The notes: generated by a model not told the origin, from the sequence alone. A stretch of 64,000 nt of DNA from Candidatus Kaiserbacteria bacterium (GCA_016432285.1 CP066682.1:439072-503071), one strand, 5' to 3'. Shown: positions 35,508 through 45,491, counted from the stretch's first letter. Numbers and translations: made by a program.

Positions 35508-37109
35508 TCAACCCCACTCTATCGTCGCCGGTGGTTTATCGGAAATGCGGTAGACGACGGCACCCACCTCGCGCACCTCGTTGGTGATCCTGCGCGCCAC
35601 TTTTTCGAGAAAATCATGCGGCAACTCCGCGGCCCGCGCGGTGAAGCCGTTGACGCTCCACACTGCCCAGAGCGCGAGCACGCGCCCGAGGCCCGCTCCG
35701 TCGCCCTTCGATTCGGTATGCATGGAGTGCGTGAGGGTAGCGCCCGCCTGCCAGACGGTGTTGTACAGATTCGCAGCACGCAGCTCCTCAATATAGATGC
35801 CGTCAGCCGCGCGTGCGACACGTAAGGTTTCCTCGTTGACCTCACCCTCGATACGCACGACGAGTCCGGGGCCGGGGAAGGGGTGGCGGATTAAAAGATC
35901 TTCGGGTACGCCGATCTCGCGGCCGAGGGCGCGTCCCGTGTCTTTCACTTGATCGGCAAGCGGTGCGATCTCCGGCACCGAAAAGGTGATGCCGGTGTTG
36001 TGGTGCACCTTGATCTCAGCGACGCGCGCGCCGGTCGCATGCCCCAAGCCGCTTTCGCGAAGGTCGGTGTAGAGCGTGCCCTGCGCCACAAAGTCCGCAC
36101 CCCATGCTTTGATCCTCTCTTCGAGCACTTCCGTATACACGCCGCGCATTGCGAGGCGCTTATCGCGCATCGCGCTTTTGCCGGCAAGCGCTTTCAAAAA
36201 TCGATCAGTGGCGTCGGCAATTTCCAGCTCAATCCAGTCTTCGGAGCCAAAATACTTTTTCACATACGCCTCGTCGTCGGGGCGATCGATGCCGCGAATG
36301 TACACGCCTTTTATTTTGCCTTCGGTGCCTCGGTGCGCCTCTTTCAGCAGATACGCGACGACCGACGAATCGGATCCGCCCGAAAGTGCGATGAGCACCT
36401 TCTTGCCTGCGATCTCTTTTTTCAGCTCAGCGATCTTCTGCGCTGAGACGCTCTCGGAAGGGAAGCGCTCCTCGATGCCGCAGATATGAACGACGAAATT
36501 CTCGTACATTCTCGTGCCCTCCTCCGTGTCGCTCACTTCCGGGTGGAACTGCACACCCCAGAGATGTTTGTGACGCCCGGCCGCCACCGGCGCGTTGTCG
36601 GTGGAGCCGAGATTCGTGAGTGCCGCGCTCTCCTCGATCGCATCACCGTGCGTTTCGAGCACTTGTGATTTCTCCGGAATGCCCGCAAAGAGCGGATCAT
36701 TTCCTCTTTGGGTAAATGTGTGCACGCCGAACTCGCGCTTTTCGTGCGGCGTGACGGGCGCGCCGACGTGCTTCGCCCACATCTGGAATCCGAGACACAC
36801 GCCGAGCGTCGGAATGCCGAGATCGAAGATTGCGTTGTCGAAAGGGGGCGGCTCGTTGTAGACCGACGCTGGTCCGCCGGAGAGGATGATGCCGGAGGGA
36901 GCGGCTTTCTTTACATCATCTGCCGTTATGGTCGACGGGTCGGCGACGACGGCGAAGACGCCGAGGCGCGCGAGCTTTTGCACGATGAGGTGATCGAACT
37001 GCGACCCCATGCTAAACAAGAGGAGAAAATGGCGCGTCTTTCGGAGGCGCATCTCTTCAGCAATCTCTTCGAGGGCTTCAGGTGAGGCTGTTTTGAATAT
37101 CCTCAGCAT
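35508..37109 (-). CDS. guaA: GMP synthase (glutamine-hydrolysing)
   Basis: GATase domain (GVCLGFQ..H..E). ATP-PPase SGGxDS (ALSGGSDSSV). C-terminal dimerisation domain. Confidence 0.85.
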   Translation of the reverse strand: MLRIFKTASPEALEEIAEEMRLRKTRHFLLLFSMGSQFDHLIVQKLARLGVFAVVADPSTITADDVKKAAPSGIILSGGPASVYNEPPPFDNAIFDLGIPTLGVCLGFQMWAKHVGAPVTPHEKREFGVHTFTQRGNDPLFAGIPEKSQVLETHGDAIEESAALTNLGSTDNAPVAAGRHKHLWGVQFHPEVSDTEEGTRMYENFVVHICGIEERFPSESVSAQKIAELKKEIAGKKVLIALSGGSDSSVVAYLLKEAHRGTEGKIKGVYIRGIDRPDDEAYVKKYFGSEDWIELEIADATDRFLKALAGKSAMRDKRLAMRGVYTEVLEERIKAWGADFVAQGTLYTDLRESGLGHATGARVAEIKVHHNTGITFSVPEIAPLADQVKDTGRALGREIGVPEDLLIRHPFPGPGLVVRIEGEVNEETLRVARAADGIYIEELRAANLYNTVWQAGATLTHSMHTESKGDGAGLGRVLALWAVWSVNGFTARAAELPHDFLEKVARRITNEVREVGAVVYRISDKPPATIEWG

Positions 37110-37247
37110 TTACGAGCATCGTACCAGAAATCCATCAATCGGGCCACGTTTCAGCCTCGGGCGAGCTTCCTGTTGCCGTGTGGATAACTGTCTTGCGGTG
37201 GGGTATAGTGCTATATACTCTATCCCAGTGGGAAAAAGTGGTAAAAC

Positions 37248-37691
37248 ATGACCAGCCTTCTTATCGGCGAATACGAGCACACGCTCGACGACAAGAAACG
37301 GGTCTCGCTCCCGAAGCAGTTTCGCGGCGCCTTCGGCAAGAAGGTCGTGATCACGCGGGGGCTCGACAACTGTCTCTACGCATATGCGCCGGGCGGCTGG
37401 CAGCGGATCGCCGAGAAGCTGCAATCGCTTTCGATCGCCGATGCAGATACTCGCGGATTCGCGCGCTTCATGCTCTCGGGTGCGGCAGAAGTAGAGATCG
37501 ACGGCATCGGTCGCATCCTAATCCCGGATCACCAAAAGACGTACGCGTCCCTCAAGAAGCGGGTCGTCTTCGCGGGGGTGTCGGATCGGGTCGAGATATG
37601 GGATGCCGAGCGCTGGAGTGCCTACAAGGCGAAGATCGACAAGCAGGCTGAGCGAATGGCCAAAAAGCTTGGAGAGATCGGCGCCCTCTAA
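37248..37691 (+). CDS. mraZ: transcriptional regulator MraZ
   Basis: Two DxxxR-containing SpoVT/AbrB-like repeats (LDDKKRVSLP; IDGIGRILIP). Confidence 0.85.
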   Translation: MTSLLIGEYEHTLDDKKRVSLPKQFRGAFGKKVVITRGLDNCLYAYAPGGWQRIAEKLQSLSIADADTRGFARFMLSGAAEVEIDGIGRILIPDHQKTYASLKKRVVFAGVSDRVEIWDAERWSAYKAKIDKQAERMAKKLGEIGAL

Positions 37692-37739
37692 TTCCCGAAT
37701 CAATCATCCGTGGTTGCACGAGATTGCTGGAAGATTTAC

Positions 37740-38738
37740 ATGTTCGTCATGCGCACGCGACGCTCACAATCTTCCAGCGATCCGGTGTCATCACGGCACC
37801 AGCCTGTTCTTTTACACGAGAGTTTAGAACAACTCGCGCTCCATGACGGCGATATCGTCGTTGATGCGACGCTCGGCGGCAGTGGAGCTGCCCGCGTCAT
37901 TGTTGATTCCATTGGATCCGGAACCCTGATCGGTTTCGATCTCGACGATGCGGCGATCGGGCGTGCACGGGAAGCGCTGCGCGATACAAAGGCGAAGATC
38001 GTGCTCCTTGAGGCCAATTTCAGGAATATCAAAACAGAGTTACAGGCACTCGGGACCACGCGCATAACGAAAGCTCTCTTCGATTTAGGGTGGAGCTCAT
38101 ACCAGCTCGACTCCGGAAGAGGATTTTCGTTCCTGAAGGACGAACCGCTCGCCATGACGTACAGCACGCGGCGGGGCGCGCTCACCGCAAGCACGATCGT
38201 CAACGAGTGGAAGGAGGAATCGCTTGCCGACATTTTCTTCGGCTGGGGTGAGGAGCGCTACGCGCGCCGCATCGCCAAGGCGATCGTGACGGCGCGCCAC
38301 AAGGCACCGATCCGCAGCTCGCTCGAATTGGCCGAGATCGTAAAGTCGGCAGTGCCATCGCACTACCGACACGGCCGTATCCATCCGGCCACGCGGACCT
38401 TCCAGGCGCTCCGCATCGCGGTCAACGACGAACTCGGTGCCCTCGAAGAGGGTCTCCGAGGCGCCTGGCAGCTTCTTGCGGAAGGTGGGCGGATCGCGGT
38501 GATCACTTTCCACAGCCTTGAGGATCGGATCGTGAAGCAGTTGTTCTTGGGACTGGAAAAGAGCGGAGAGGGCACACGCCTTACCCGCAAACCCATTGTT
38601 CCGAGTGAGAGCGAGGTGCGGGCAAACCCGCGCGCCCGAAGTGCAAAACTCCGTGTGATCGAAAAGCGACACAACAATGAAAAAGAAGATTCAAAAGATC
38701 AGCAAATACGCGCCCTCGATCTTTCAGGGGAGGATTGA
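37740..38738 (+). CDS. rsmH: 16S rRNA (cytosine1402-N4)-methyltransferase
   Basis: HQPVLL, DATLGGSG, FHSLEDR motifs. Start codon uncertain (37710, 37740 or 37749). Confidence 0.8.
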   Translation: MFVMRTRRSQSSSDPVSSRHQPVLLHESLEQLALHDGDIVVDATLGGSGAARVIVDSIGSGTLIGFDLDDAAIGRAREALRDTKAKIVLLEANFRNIKTELQALGTTRITKALFDLGWSSYQLDSGRGFSFLKDEPLAMTYSTRRGALTASTIVNEWKEESLADIFFGWGEERYARRIAKAIVTARHKAPIRSSLELAEIVKSAVPSHYRHGRIHPATRTFQALRIAVNDELGALEEGLRGAWQLLAEGGRIAVITFHSLEDRIVKQLFLGLEKSGEGTRLTRKPIVPSESEVRANPRARSAKLRVIEKRHNNEKEDSKDQQIRALDLSGED

Positions 38739-39081
38739 TTTTAAAGAAGCAGCGCGCGGCGCGGCTCTCGCGGCCGAATACCCTATCGAGCGCGGAGCCT
38801 TTCGGTCGCTTTGGATAGCGCTTCTCCTTTGTGTGGCCCTCTACATGTACTTCGTCGGCGCCACGATTTTGAATGTGATCGCCCGCAAGGAGGCCTTGCA
38901 GCAGACTGCAAATCTCGCGAGCGCTGTCTCGCAGCTCGAGCGCGAGTATTTCTCAGCCGCTGCCGCGATCGGTCCCTCTGAGGGCGGCCGTCTCGGGCTG
39001 GCACCCGTTGCCGACACCGCCTTCGTGCAGCGGCCGGGTAATGCCGCAAGCGCTGCTACAATAGGCGGAAATGAAATCTAG
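38677..39081 (+). CDS. FtsL-like cell-division membrane protein
   Basis: Single TM + coiled-coil, between rsmH and ftsI. 5' end overlaps rsmH by ~60 nt, so the true start may be internal. Confidence 0.4.
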   Translation: MKKKIQKISKYAPSIFQGRIDFKEAARGAALAAEYPIERGAFRSLWIALLLCVALYMYFVGATILNVIARKEALQQTANLASAVSQLEREYFSAAAAIGPSEGGRLGLAPVADTAFVQRPGNAASAATIGGNEI

Positions 39082-40780
39082 ACTCATCCTGCGCGCCCGC
39101 ATCCTCTCTGTCATTTTTATACTCGTCGCCGTGCTGCTCATAGCGCGGCTCTATTTCGTGCAGGTGGTCCATGGTGGCGAATACGCAGAACGTGCCACCG
39201 GCCAGTACGTGGAAAGCGCGCCCGATACGGAGGATCGCGGCGACATCGTGTTTACGACAAAGGGAGGAGCGCCGCTGGCGGCAGCGGTGATGCAAACCGG
39301 TGCGCGCGTGGCCATCGAACCGGATGCGATCGGAGAGCCCGAGGCGCTCTACGATGCGTTGAACGAAATCACGCCGGTGGATCGAGCGCGTTTCTTTGCG
39401 AGCGCGGCCAAGAAGGGAGATCCGTACGAGGAAGTGGCCTTTCGCGTGGAGAGCGAGGCAGCAAAAGCCATACGCGCCAAAAAATTGCCGGGCGTCATGG
39501 TGGTGCAGGATCAATGGCGTTTTTATCCGGCCGGCACGCTCGCCGCGCAGACCGTGGGCTTCGTTGGATACAAGGGGGATAAAAAAATCGGCGTGTACGG
39601 CCTCGAGCGATTCTGGCAGTCGACGCTCGCGAGGACAAGTTCGGGTCTCTACGTCAATCCGTTTGCGGAGATCTTCACGAGTATCGAGTCGGCGCTTTCG
39701 GATCCGGCGCAGCAGTCGGGAAACGTGATCACTTCAATCGAGCCCGATGTCCAGCTCGAGCTGGAGAAGACGCTCGCGGATGTCTTGGAGGATTACTCTT
39801 CGAAACTGGCGGGCGGGATCGTGATGGACCCGCAGACGGGCGAGATTGTGGCGATGGCCGTGCGGCCCACCTTTGATCCGAATACGTACAACACGGTAGA
39901 GGACGCGAGTGTTTTCAGCAATCCGCTCGTCGAGAGCGTGTACGAGATGGGCTCGATCATGAAGCCACTCACCATGGCCGCCGGAATCGACAGCGGAGCC
40001 GTCACGCCGCAGACGACGTACGAAGATCGAGGCTGCATCGAACGCAGCGGGAAACGAATCTGCAACTACGACGGCAAGGCCCGCGGCGTGGTGAGCATGC
40101 AGGAAGTACTCAACCAATCGCTCAACACCGGCGTTACTTTTGTGGCGGAGCGCATGGGGCGCAACGTCTTTCGCGAGTACGTCCACTCATTCGGCCTCGG
40201 CGAGAAGACCGGCATCGATCTCCCGAATGAAGCTGCTGGAATCATCGATTCGATCGACGATGGGTACGACGTGGACATCGCGAGCGCGTCCTTCGGGCAG
40301 GGAATCGCCGTAAGCGCCGTCGAGATGACGCGCGCGCTCTCCGCGCTCGGCAACGGCGGCGTGCCGCCGCCGCCGCACGTCGCGACCGCGATCAAACTCG
40401 AAAGCGGCATCGTGCGCGAGCTGCCGGTAGAGCAAGGCGCACGCGTCTTAAAGGAGGAGAGCGCGCGGCAGGTAACAGAAATGCTCGTGAAGGTGTTCGA
40501 CAACGCGCTTCTCGGCGGCGTGCTGAAACAGGAGCGCTATTCGATCGCCGCCAAGACGGGCACCGCGCAAATTGCGATTCCCGGCGGCGGTGGCTACTAC
40601 AAGGATCGCTACCTGCATTCCTTTTTCGGCTACTTTCCGGCGTACGAGCCACGCTTCATCGTCTTTCTCTTCACGCTTGAGCCTCGTGGAGCCGAATTCG
40701 CCTCGGCCACGCTCGCGCGGCCGTTCCTCGATATCGCAAAATACTTGATAAACTACTACGACATTCCGCCGGATCGGTAG
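39071..40780 (+). CDS. ftsI: peptidoglycan D,D-transpeptidase FtsI (PBP3-like)
   Basis: N-terminal TM. SxxK (GSIMK). SxN (SLN). KTG (KTGTAQ). Confidence 0.8.
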   Translation: MKSRLILRARILSVIFILVAVLLIARLYFVQVVHGGEYAERATGQYVESAPDTEDRGDIVFTTKGGAPLAAAVMQTGARVAIEPDAIGEPEALYDALNEITPVDRARFFASAAKKGDPYEEVAFRVESEAAKAIRAKKLPGVMVVQDQWRFYPAGTLAAQTVGFVGYKGDKKIGVYGLERFWQSTLARTSSGLYVNPFAEIFTSIESALSDPAQQSGNVITSIEPDVQLELEKTLADVLEDYSSKLAGGIVMDPQTGEIVAMAVRPTFDPNTYNTVEDASVFSNPLVESVYEMGSIMKPLTMAAGIDSGAVTPQTTYEDRGCIERSGKRICNYDGKARGVVSMQEVLNQSLNTGVTFVAERMGRNVFREYVHSFGLGEKTGIDLPNEAAGIIDSIDDGYDVDIASASFGQGIAVSAVEMTRALSALGNGGVPPPPHVATAIKLESGIVRELPVEQGARVLKEESARQVTEMLVKVFDNALLGGVLKQERYSIAAKTGTAQIAIPGGGGYYKDRYLHSFFGYFPAYEPRFIVFLFTLEPRGAEFASATLARPFLDIAKYLINYYDIPPDR

Positions 40781-40782
40781 CT

Positions 40783-42093
40783 ATGGATTATTTTCGATCA
40801 ATGCTCGTGCAGCTGCTCACGTGGGAAGCGCGAATCGTGCTCTCGCGGCGCAAGCCGAAAATTATCGCGATTACGGGAAGCGTCGGGAAGACAAGCGGCA
40901 AAGACGCGATCTACGCGGCGCTCTCCGACGCATATTCAGTGCGTCGGAGCGAAAAGAGCTACAACAGCGAGTTTGGTGTGCCGCTCACGGTGCTCGGGCT
41001 CGAAAATGCATGGCGCGATCCGTGGCGGTGGATCCTCAACGTAGTTCGCGGACTCGTGCTGATCTTCTCTCGATCTCCTTATCCCGAGTGGCTCATTCTC
41101 GAAGTGGGCGCTGATCGGCCGGGCGACATCTCGCGAATTGCGCGCTGGCTGCGGCCCGACATCGCCGTTATCACCGGTGTGCCGGAGATTCCCGCTCATG
41201 TAGAGTATTTCGATTCTCCGGATCAACTCGCGCGCGAAAAGCGGGAGCTCGCGCGCTACGTAAAGCACGGCGGCAAACTGGTCTTGAACGGCGACGACTC
41301 CCGCATGGTACAGCTCTGCGCCGACTTTCGCGGCATGACGCTGAAGTACGGACTCGAAGCGAGCAATGACTTCCGTGCCGACGATATCGAGATCGCATAC
41401 GAAGAGAAGAAGCCGACCGGCATGCGATTCAGGCTTGAGCGCCGCGCCGATCTCCCCACGCTGGCAGCCGCCGTGCTCCCAATCGCCATCCGGGGAGCGC
41501 TCGGGAGACCCCGTGTGTACGCGGCACTCGCAGCGCTCGCGGTGGGAGAGGCGGCGGGCGTTGATCAGATCTCGGTGGGGCGCGCGTTGGAGAGTTGGGA
41601 GCCGCCGCCGGGAAGAATGCGAATACTGCCGGGCGTGAATGGTTCGGTGATCATCGACGACACCTACAATTCTTCGCCGGTGGCCGCGCTTGCGGCTCTC
41701 GACACACTGAAAGCACTGAAGTGCAAACGCCGCATCGCGCTCCTTGGAGACATGTTGGAGCTCGGTCGCTATGCCTCGGAGGCGCATCGCAATGTCGGCC
41801 GCAGGGCCGCGAAGGTCGTCGACCTTTTGTGGACCGTCGGCTTTCGCTCGCGGGCCAGTGGCGAAGCAGCACTCGACGAAAAGATGTCGGAGAGCGACAT
41901 TCGTGAATATGAACAGACGGAATCGAGACGGGCAGGGGAGGAGTTGCGAGCACTCCTCAAGCCGGGCGACGTGGTGCTCGTGAAAGGCTCGCAGTCGATG
42001 CGCATGGAAAAGGCTGTGCAGGAGCTGCTTGCTGAGCCGAGCCGCGCAGGGGAACTCCTCGTCCGCCAGGATTCGGAATGGAAAAAGAGGTAG
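40783..42093 (+). CDS. murF: UDP-N-acetylmuramoyl-tripeptide--D-alanyl-D-alanine ligase
   Basis: Mur ligase P-loop ITGSVGKTS. Central and C-terminal Mur domains. Follows ftsI. Confidence 0.8.
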   Translation: MDYFRSMLVQLLTWEARIVLSRRKPKIIAITGSVGKTSGKDAIYAALSDAYSVRRSEKSYNSEFGVPLTVLGLENAWRDPWRWILNVVRGLVLIFSRSPYPEWLILEVGADRPGDISRIARWLRPDIAVITGVPEIPAHVEYFDSPDQLAREKRELARYVKHGGKLVLNGDDSRMVQLCADFRGMTLKYGLEASNDFRADDIEIAYEEKKPTGMRFRLERRADLPTLAAAVLPIAIRGALGRPRVYAALAALAVGEAAGVDQISVGRALESWEPPPGRMRILPGVNGSVIIDDTYNSSPVAALAALDTLKALKCKRRIALLGDMLELGRYASEAHRNVGRRAAKVVDLLWTVGFRSRASGEAALDEKMSESDIREYEQTESRRAGEELRALLKPGDVVLVKGSQSMRMEKAVQELLAEPSRAGELLVRQDSEWKKR

Positions 42094-42127
42094 GTTTTTG
42101 TTATCATCTGCACGTTTGGTCCTGTCC

Positions 42128-42180
42128 TCTATCGGCTCGAACGTGACCTTCTCAAGGCTAAAGCCGGGGTGAGAAGCGAG
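42128..42180 (+). pseudogene. degenerate 5' two-thirds of a tRNA-Glu-like gene (no matching 3' acceptor strand)
   Basis: GGTCCTGTCCTCTATCGGCTCGAACGTGACCTTCTCAAGGCTAAAGCCGGGGT aligns with tRNA-Glu 42306-42357, then diverges into repeat sequence. Confidence 0.45.
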
Positions 42181-42205
42181 CTCGCGAGCTTCGCAAGGCC
42201 GCAGG

Positions 42206-42275
42206 CGCGACGGCGCCGAGGCGGGGTCGCGGAATTCGCGAGCACGCGAATATCCGTGACCGATTCCTTGGAATC
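42206..42275 (+). repeat. repeat family copy 1: CGAGGCGGGGTCGCGG - palindromic insert - ATCCGTGACCGATTCC - tRNA-T-arm-like tail
   Basis: Shares both core blocks with 42468-42549 and (reverse complement) with 32896-32935. Confidence 0.6.
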
Positions 42276-42305
42276 GAACCCAACATATTTTATACTCGCA
42301 GCGAT

Positions 42306-42377
42306 GGCCCTATCGTCTATCGGCTAGGACGTGACCTTCTCAAGGTCAAGAGCGGGGTTCGATTCCCCGTAGGGTCA
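42306..42377 (+). tRNA. tRNA-Glu(CUC)
   Basis: Acceptor GGCCCTA/TAGGGTC. Anticodon stem TGACC/GGTCA. Loop UUCUCAA. T-arm CGGGG-TTCGATT-CCCCG. Confidence 0.75.
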
Positions 42378-42459
42378 TGAATACCAAAAGTTCGCAGCGC
42401 CGCTGCGGCTTTTTTGGTATTCGCGGGTTCCATGCGGGGAATCGAAAGACGGAGGCGGG

Positions 42460-42549
42460 GTCCCCGCTCGCGGGGAGCCGAGTCGGGGTCGCGGAAATTT
42501 TGCGTAGTAAAATTATCCGTGACCGATTCCCCGTAGGGTCACAAAGAGA
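42460..42549 (+). repeat. repeat family copy 2, ending in a duplicate of the tRNA-Glu 3' end (GATTCCCCGTAGGGTCA)
   Basis: GGAGGCGGGGTCC...GAGTCGGGGTCGCGG - AAATTTTgcgtagtAAAATT - ATCCGTGACCGATTCC - CCGTAGGGTCA. Confidence 0.6.
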
Positions 42550-42791
42550 TGAAAAAGCAAACTGCTTTGCTTTTCCATACACTTTGTGAGGCCGGAGCGA
42601 TGTCGCATCAGCAGATGTGAACGTGAGGCGGGGTCGGCGACCGAGGCGAGCGACGGCGAGCCGAGAGTTGTGGACCACGTGGACATTCAGGCGAGCACTG
42701 CGGACGCTCGCTTGCGGGGAGCCGAGGCGGGCGTATCATTCCACCGCCGCGGGCATTCGCTCGTGAGCATGCATCAACACGGAGTTGTGAG

Positions 42792-42986
42792 ATGAAAAAG
42801 ACGCTCTGGAATGCAGTCGGCTTCGCAATCGGCCTCAAGGGCGATCCGGTTCTCGCGCGGCGCTTCCGCAACCAAACCAACGCGACCGCCATCGAATACG
42901 GCCTCATCGCGGCGGGTATTTCGGTCGCCATCATTGCTGTCGTGCAGGGGCTCGGCGGCAAAGTGGCCAGCTTGTTCGGCAACTAA
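42792..42986 (+). CDS. flp: Flp/Fap family type IVb (Tad) pilin
   Basis: Conserved TAIEYGLIAAGISVAIIAVV motif after a Gly-containing leader. 64 aa. Confidence 0.6.
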   Translation: MKKTLWNAVGFAIGLKGDPVLARRFRNQTNATAIEYGLIAAGISVAIIAVVQGLGGKVASLFGN

Positions 42987-43106
42987 ATCGCCGCGGCGCC
43001 CCCACATGTTATCGCCGCCACTCAACAGGAAAGTCGTTGGGGGGCGGCTTTTCTTTTCGGCACTCGACCGATGACGGGTTCACGACGAACGGTATAGAAT
43101 GAGCAG

Positions 43107-43517
43107 ATGGACCGCGATGAGCGAGGCGGGATTTCTGCGGAACACGCGGCATTCATGACACATATGCGCTGGTACATGCGCTACATCGCGGTCGCTCTCT
43201 CGATCTCGATGCTCGCCGCCCTTTTGGCCGCAGTTCTCACGTGGCGCATCTATCAGGATCGCCTGGAGCCCGCAGTGCAGGATATGCAGACAGCCTTGCA
43301 GGACGTAAAGGCGCTCACGGCGCAAACATCCGCGCTTCTTGAGGAAGCAAAACAGACGATGGTCGAGGTTCGCAAAGCCGCAAGCGCGGCCGCTCCGGTA
43401 CTTCAGGAGGCGCAGGAGACGATGCAGGCAGTTGAGCAAACGACGGGCCGGGTGGAGCGTGCGGCCGCGCCGTTCGAACTGCTCCAACTCATCCCCGTGG
43501 TCAATTGGTTCTTCTGA
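43107..43517 (+). CDS. hypothetical membrane-anchored coiled-coil protein
   Basis: One TM (YIAVALSISMLAALLAAVL) then a Q/A/E-rich helical region. Confidence 0.4.
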   Translation: MDRDERGGISAEHAAFMTHMRWYMRYIAVALSISMLAALLAAVLTWRIYQDRLEPAVQDMQTALQDVKALTAQTSALLEEAKQTMVEVRKAASAAAPVLQEAQETMQAVEQTTGRVERAAAPFELLQLIPVVNWFF

Positions 43518-43736
43518 AGCCGCCCGCTCGAGCCCGTGGCGCACTCGGTCGGAATCCGTTCACGGATTGACTGGGTGGCTAAAAGATTGCACAATCGGCG
43601 CCAGAGCATAGCCCGTCCGCCACAGCAGAAAGCGACTCCACAGGGGGCAATTTTCTGCTGTGGCGAAGCGCATTCGGCGCAAGCTTCCAGCTTGACCCGC
43701 TACCCGCAAGGAGTAGCCGCTCGGTAGGAGAAACCT

Positions 43737-44471
43737 ATGAGCAAACCAACGCTGACGCAGGCACTCAGCCTGCTTCACCGCGTCGACGACAAGAAGTTGT
43801 CGTTGAAGCGTCTCGAAGAGCATTTCGATGCAGGTCTGATTTCCGACCTGCTCGACGTCGATCCCCGCACGGTGGTTCGCGAAGAGTTCCGGCGAGTGAT
43901 TGGGCACCCGGCCGCGCTCCCAGCATCGTCTGGAGGGCCGTTGCCCGAACCGACTATCGTCGAGCTCGGTGAGTTCGAAGTAAATTACGACGAGACCATC
44001 GCCTCCAAGCTCGCGGGCAACGCCGATCCGGGGCGAATCAATCCGCACAACGAGATGTGGGCGCCCGTCGAGAAGTTTGCCGACCCACGGGAAGGCAAGA
44101 AGCGTTTCAAGGCCTCCGCCATCAACTTCGGCGAACCTATGCTCGATCAAGACGTCGAGCGGTGGTGTGAGATCAATAAAAAAGTCCAGGCCGCGCCGAA
44201 GGAGGGCATCGACATTGCACTTGCGTCGCCGCGCCCGAAGCTCGACAACGTGATGCCGCTCGTTCTCAGTGGTAAGCCCTCTGTGAGCGGGAGCGGATGT
44301 CGCTCCGTGCTGTTCTTCTGTCTTGAGGGCGAGGCGCGCGATCTTGGCGTCATCTTGCTGGCCCCAACCCAGCCGTGGATCGGGCACCAATGGCTGCTCG
44401 TCCTCGAGGAGATACCCGAGGGTCCCGTCCATGAAGAAGTGCCCGAAGGTCTCGTCTTCCGCGCGTTCTGA
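43737..44471 (+). CDS. hypothetical protein (244 aa)
   Basis: ORF with correct codon bias. Acidic C-terminus. No family recognised. Confidence 0.45.
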   Translation: MSKPTLTQALSLLHRVDDKKLSLKRLEEHFDAGLISDLLDVDPRTVVREEFRRVIGHPAALPASSGGPLPEPTIVELGEFEVNYDETIASKLAGNADPGRINPHNEMWAPVEKFADPREGKKRFKASAINFGEPMLDQDVERWCEINKKVQAAPKEGIDIALASPRPKLDNVMPLVLSGKPSVSGSGCRSVLFFCLEGEARDLGVILLAPTQPWIGHQWLLVLEEIPEGPVHEEVPEGLVFRAF

Positions 44472-44552
44472 TCTCAATCATTGCCCCCGGCGCTTTGCGC
44501 GCCGGGGTCTTTCTTTTGCACCGCATTCGTCGCGTCGGGCTATAATCCGGAG

Positions 44553-45491
44553 ATGGCACGCGTACTCGTCTCGGGCTCTCTTGCGTACGACCGGATCATG
44601 GATTTCCCCGGTCTTTTCAAAGATCACTTTCTTGCAGACAAGCTGCACGCGATCAGCGTGAGCTTCCAGGTGGAGACAGTGGGCGACAACTTCGGCGGCT
44701 GCGCGGGCAACATCGCGTACAATCTCTCCCTCTTGGGGCACGAGCCGCATATCATCGCCACAGCCGGCTCCGACATCGAGCGATACAAAGCGCACCTCAA
44801 GGCGCATGGCATCGATACGAATACGATCCGCATCAATCCGCAAGGCTTCACCTCGTCGGCGTACGTGATGACCGATAAAGCCGACAACCAAATTGCCGCC
44901 TTCTCGCTCGGGGCGGGCGGCACGCCCTACCAGCCGTTGCCGAGCACGGAGGGTGCGGCGCTCGCGATCATCGGCCCCGGGTGTGTGCGAGACATGCAGG
45001 TGCTGCCACAGCACTACCGCGCAGCGGGCGTGCCGTACATGTATGATCCGGGCCAGGCGATTCCGGCGCTTTCGGCAGACGATTTGAAAGACGGCATCGC
45101 GGGCGCGGCGGCCGTCTTCGCCAACGACTACGAATTCGATCTCATTTCAAAAAAGACGGGCTGGGCGGAAAAGGATGTCGTACAGAAAGCCGAGACGCTC
45201 GTCGTAACGTACGGTGACAAGGGATCCCGGATCATCACGAAAGCGGGGGAGAGCAGCGTGGGGAGCGTGCCGGTGGAGGATCCAATCGATCCCACGGGCG
45301 CGGGCGACGCGTATCGCGCAGGCTACATCGCCGGCTACCTGAAAGGATTCGACCGGGAAAAGTGCGCGAAGATCGCGAGCGCGCTCGCTTCGTTTACCGT
45401 GGAAAAATACGGCACGCAAACGCACGCGCTCCAGCCGGGGGAGCTTGCCACGCGGTACAAAGAGCGGTACGACCAAGATCTTCCGCTTTAG
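44553..45491 (+). CDS. PfkB-family carbohydrate/nucleoside kinase (possibly adenosine kinase)
   Basis: PfkB signatures GGxxxN (GGCAGNIAYN) and DPTGAGDA. TATAAT 7 nt upstream of the ATG at 44553. Adjacent to ahcY. Confidence 0.7.
   Translation: MARVLVSGSLAYDRIMDFPGLFKDHFLADKLHAISVSFQVETVGDNFGGCAGNIAYNLSLLGHEPHIIATAGSDIERYKAHLKAHGIDTNTIRINPQGFTSSAYVMTDKADNQIAAFSLGAGGTPYQPLPSTEGAALAIIGPGCVRDMQVLPQHYRAAGVPYMYDPGQAIPALSADDLKDGIAGAAAVFANDYEFDLISKKTGWAEKDVVQKAETLVVTYGDKGSRIITKAGESSVGSVPVEDPIDPTGAGDAYRAGYIAGYLKGFDREKCAKIASALASFTVEKYGTQTHALQPGELATRYKERYDQDLPL

Noticed and set aside
42346-42982. Several 60-125-aa ORFs on both strands between tRNA-Glu and flp
   Set aside because: The sequence is composed of repeats and tRNA fragments. 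The ORFs are low-complexity (R/G/E) and frame-inconsistent.
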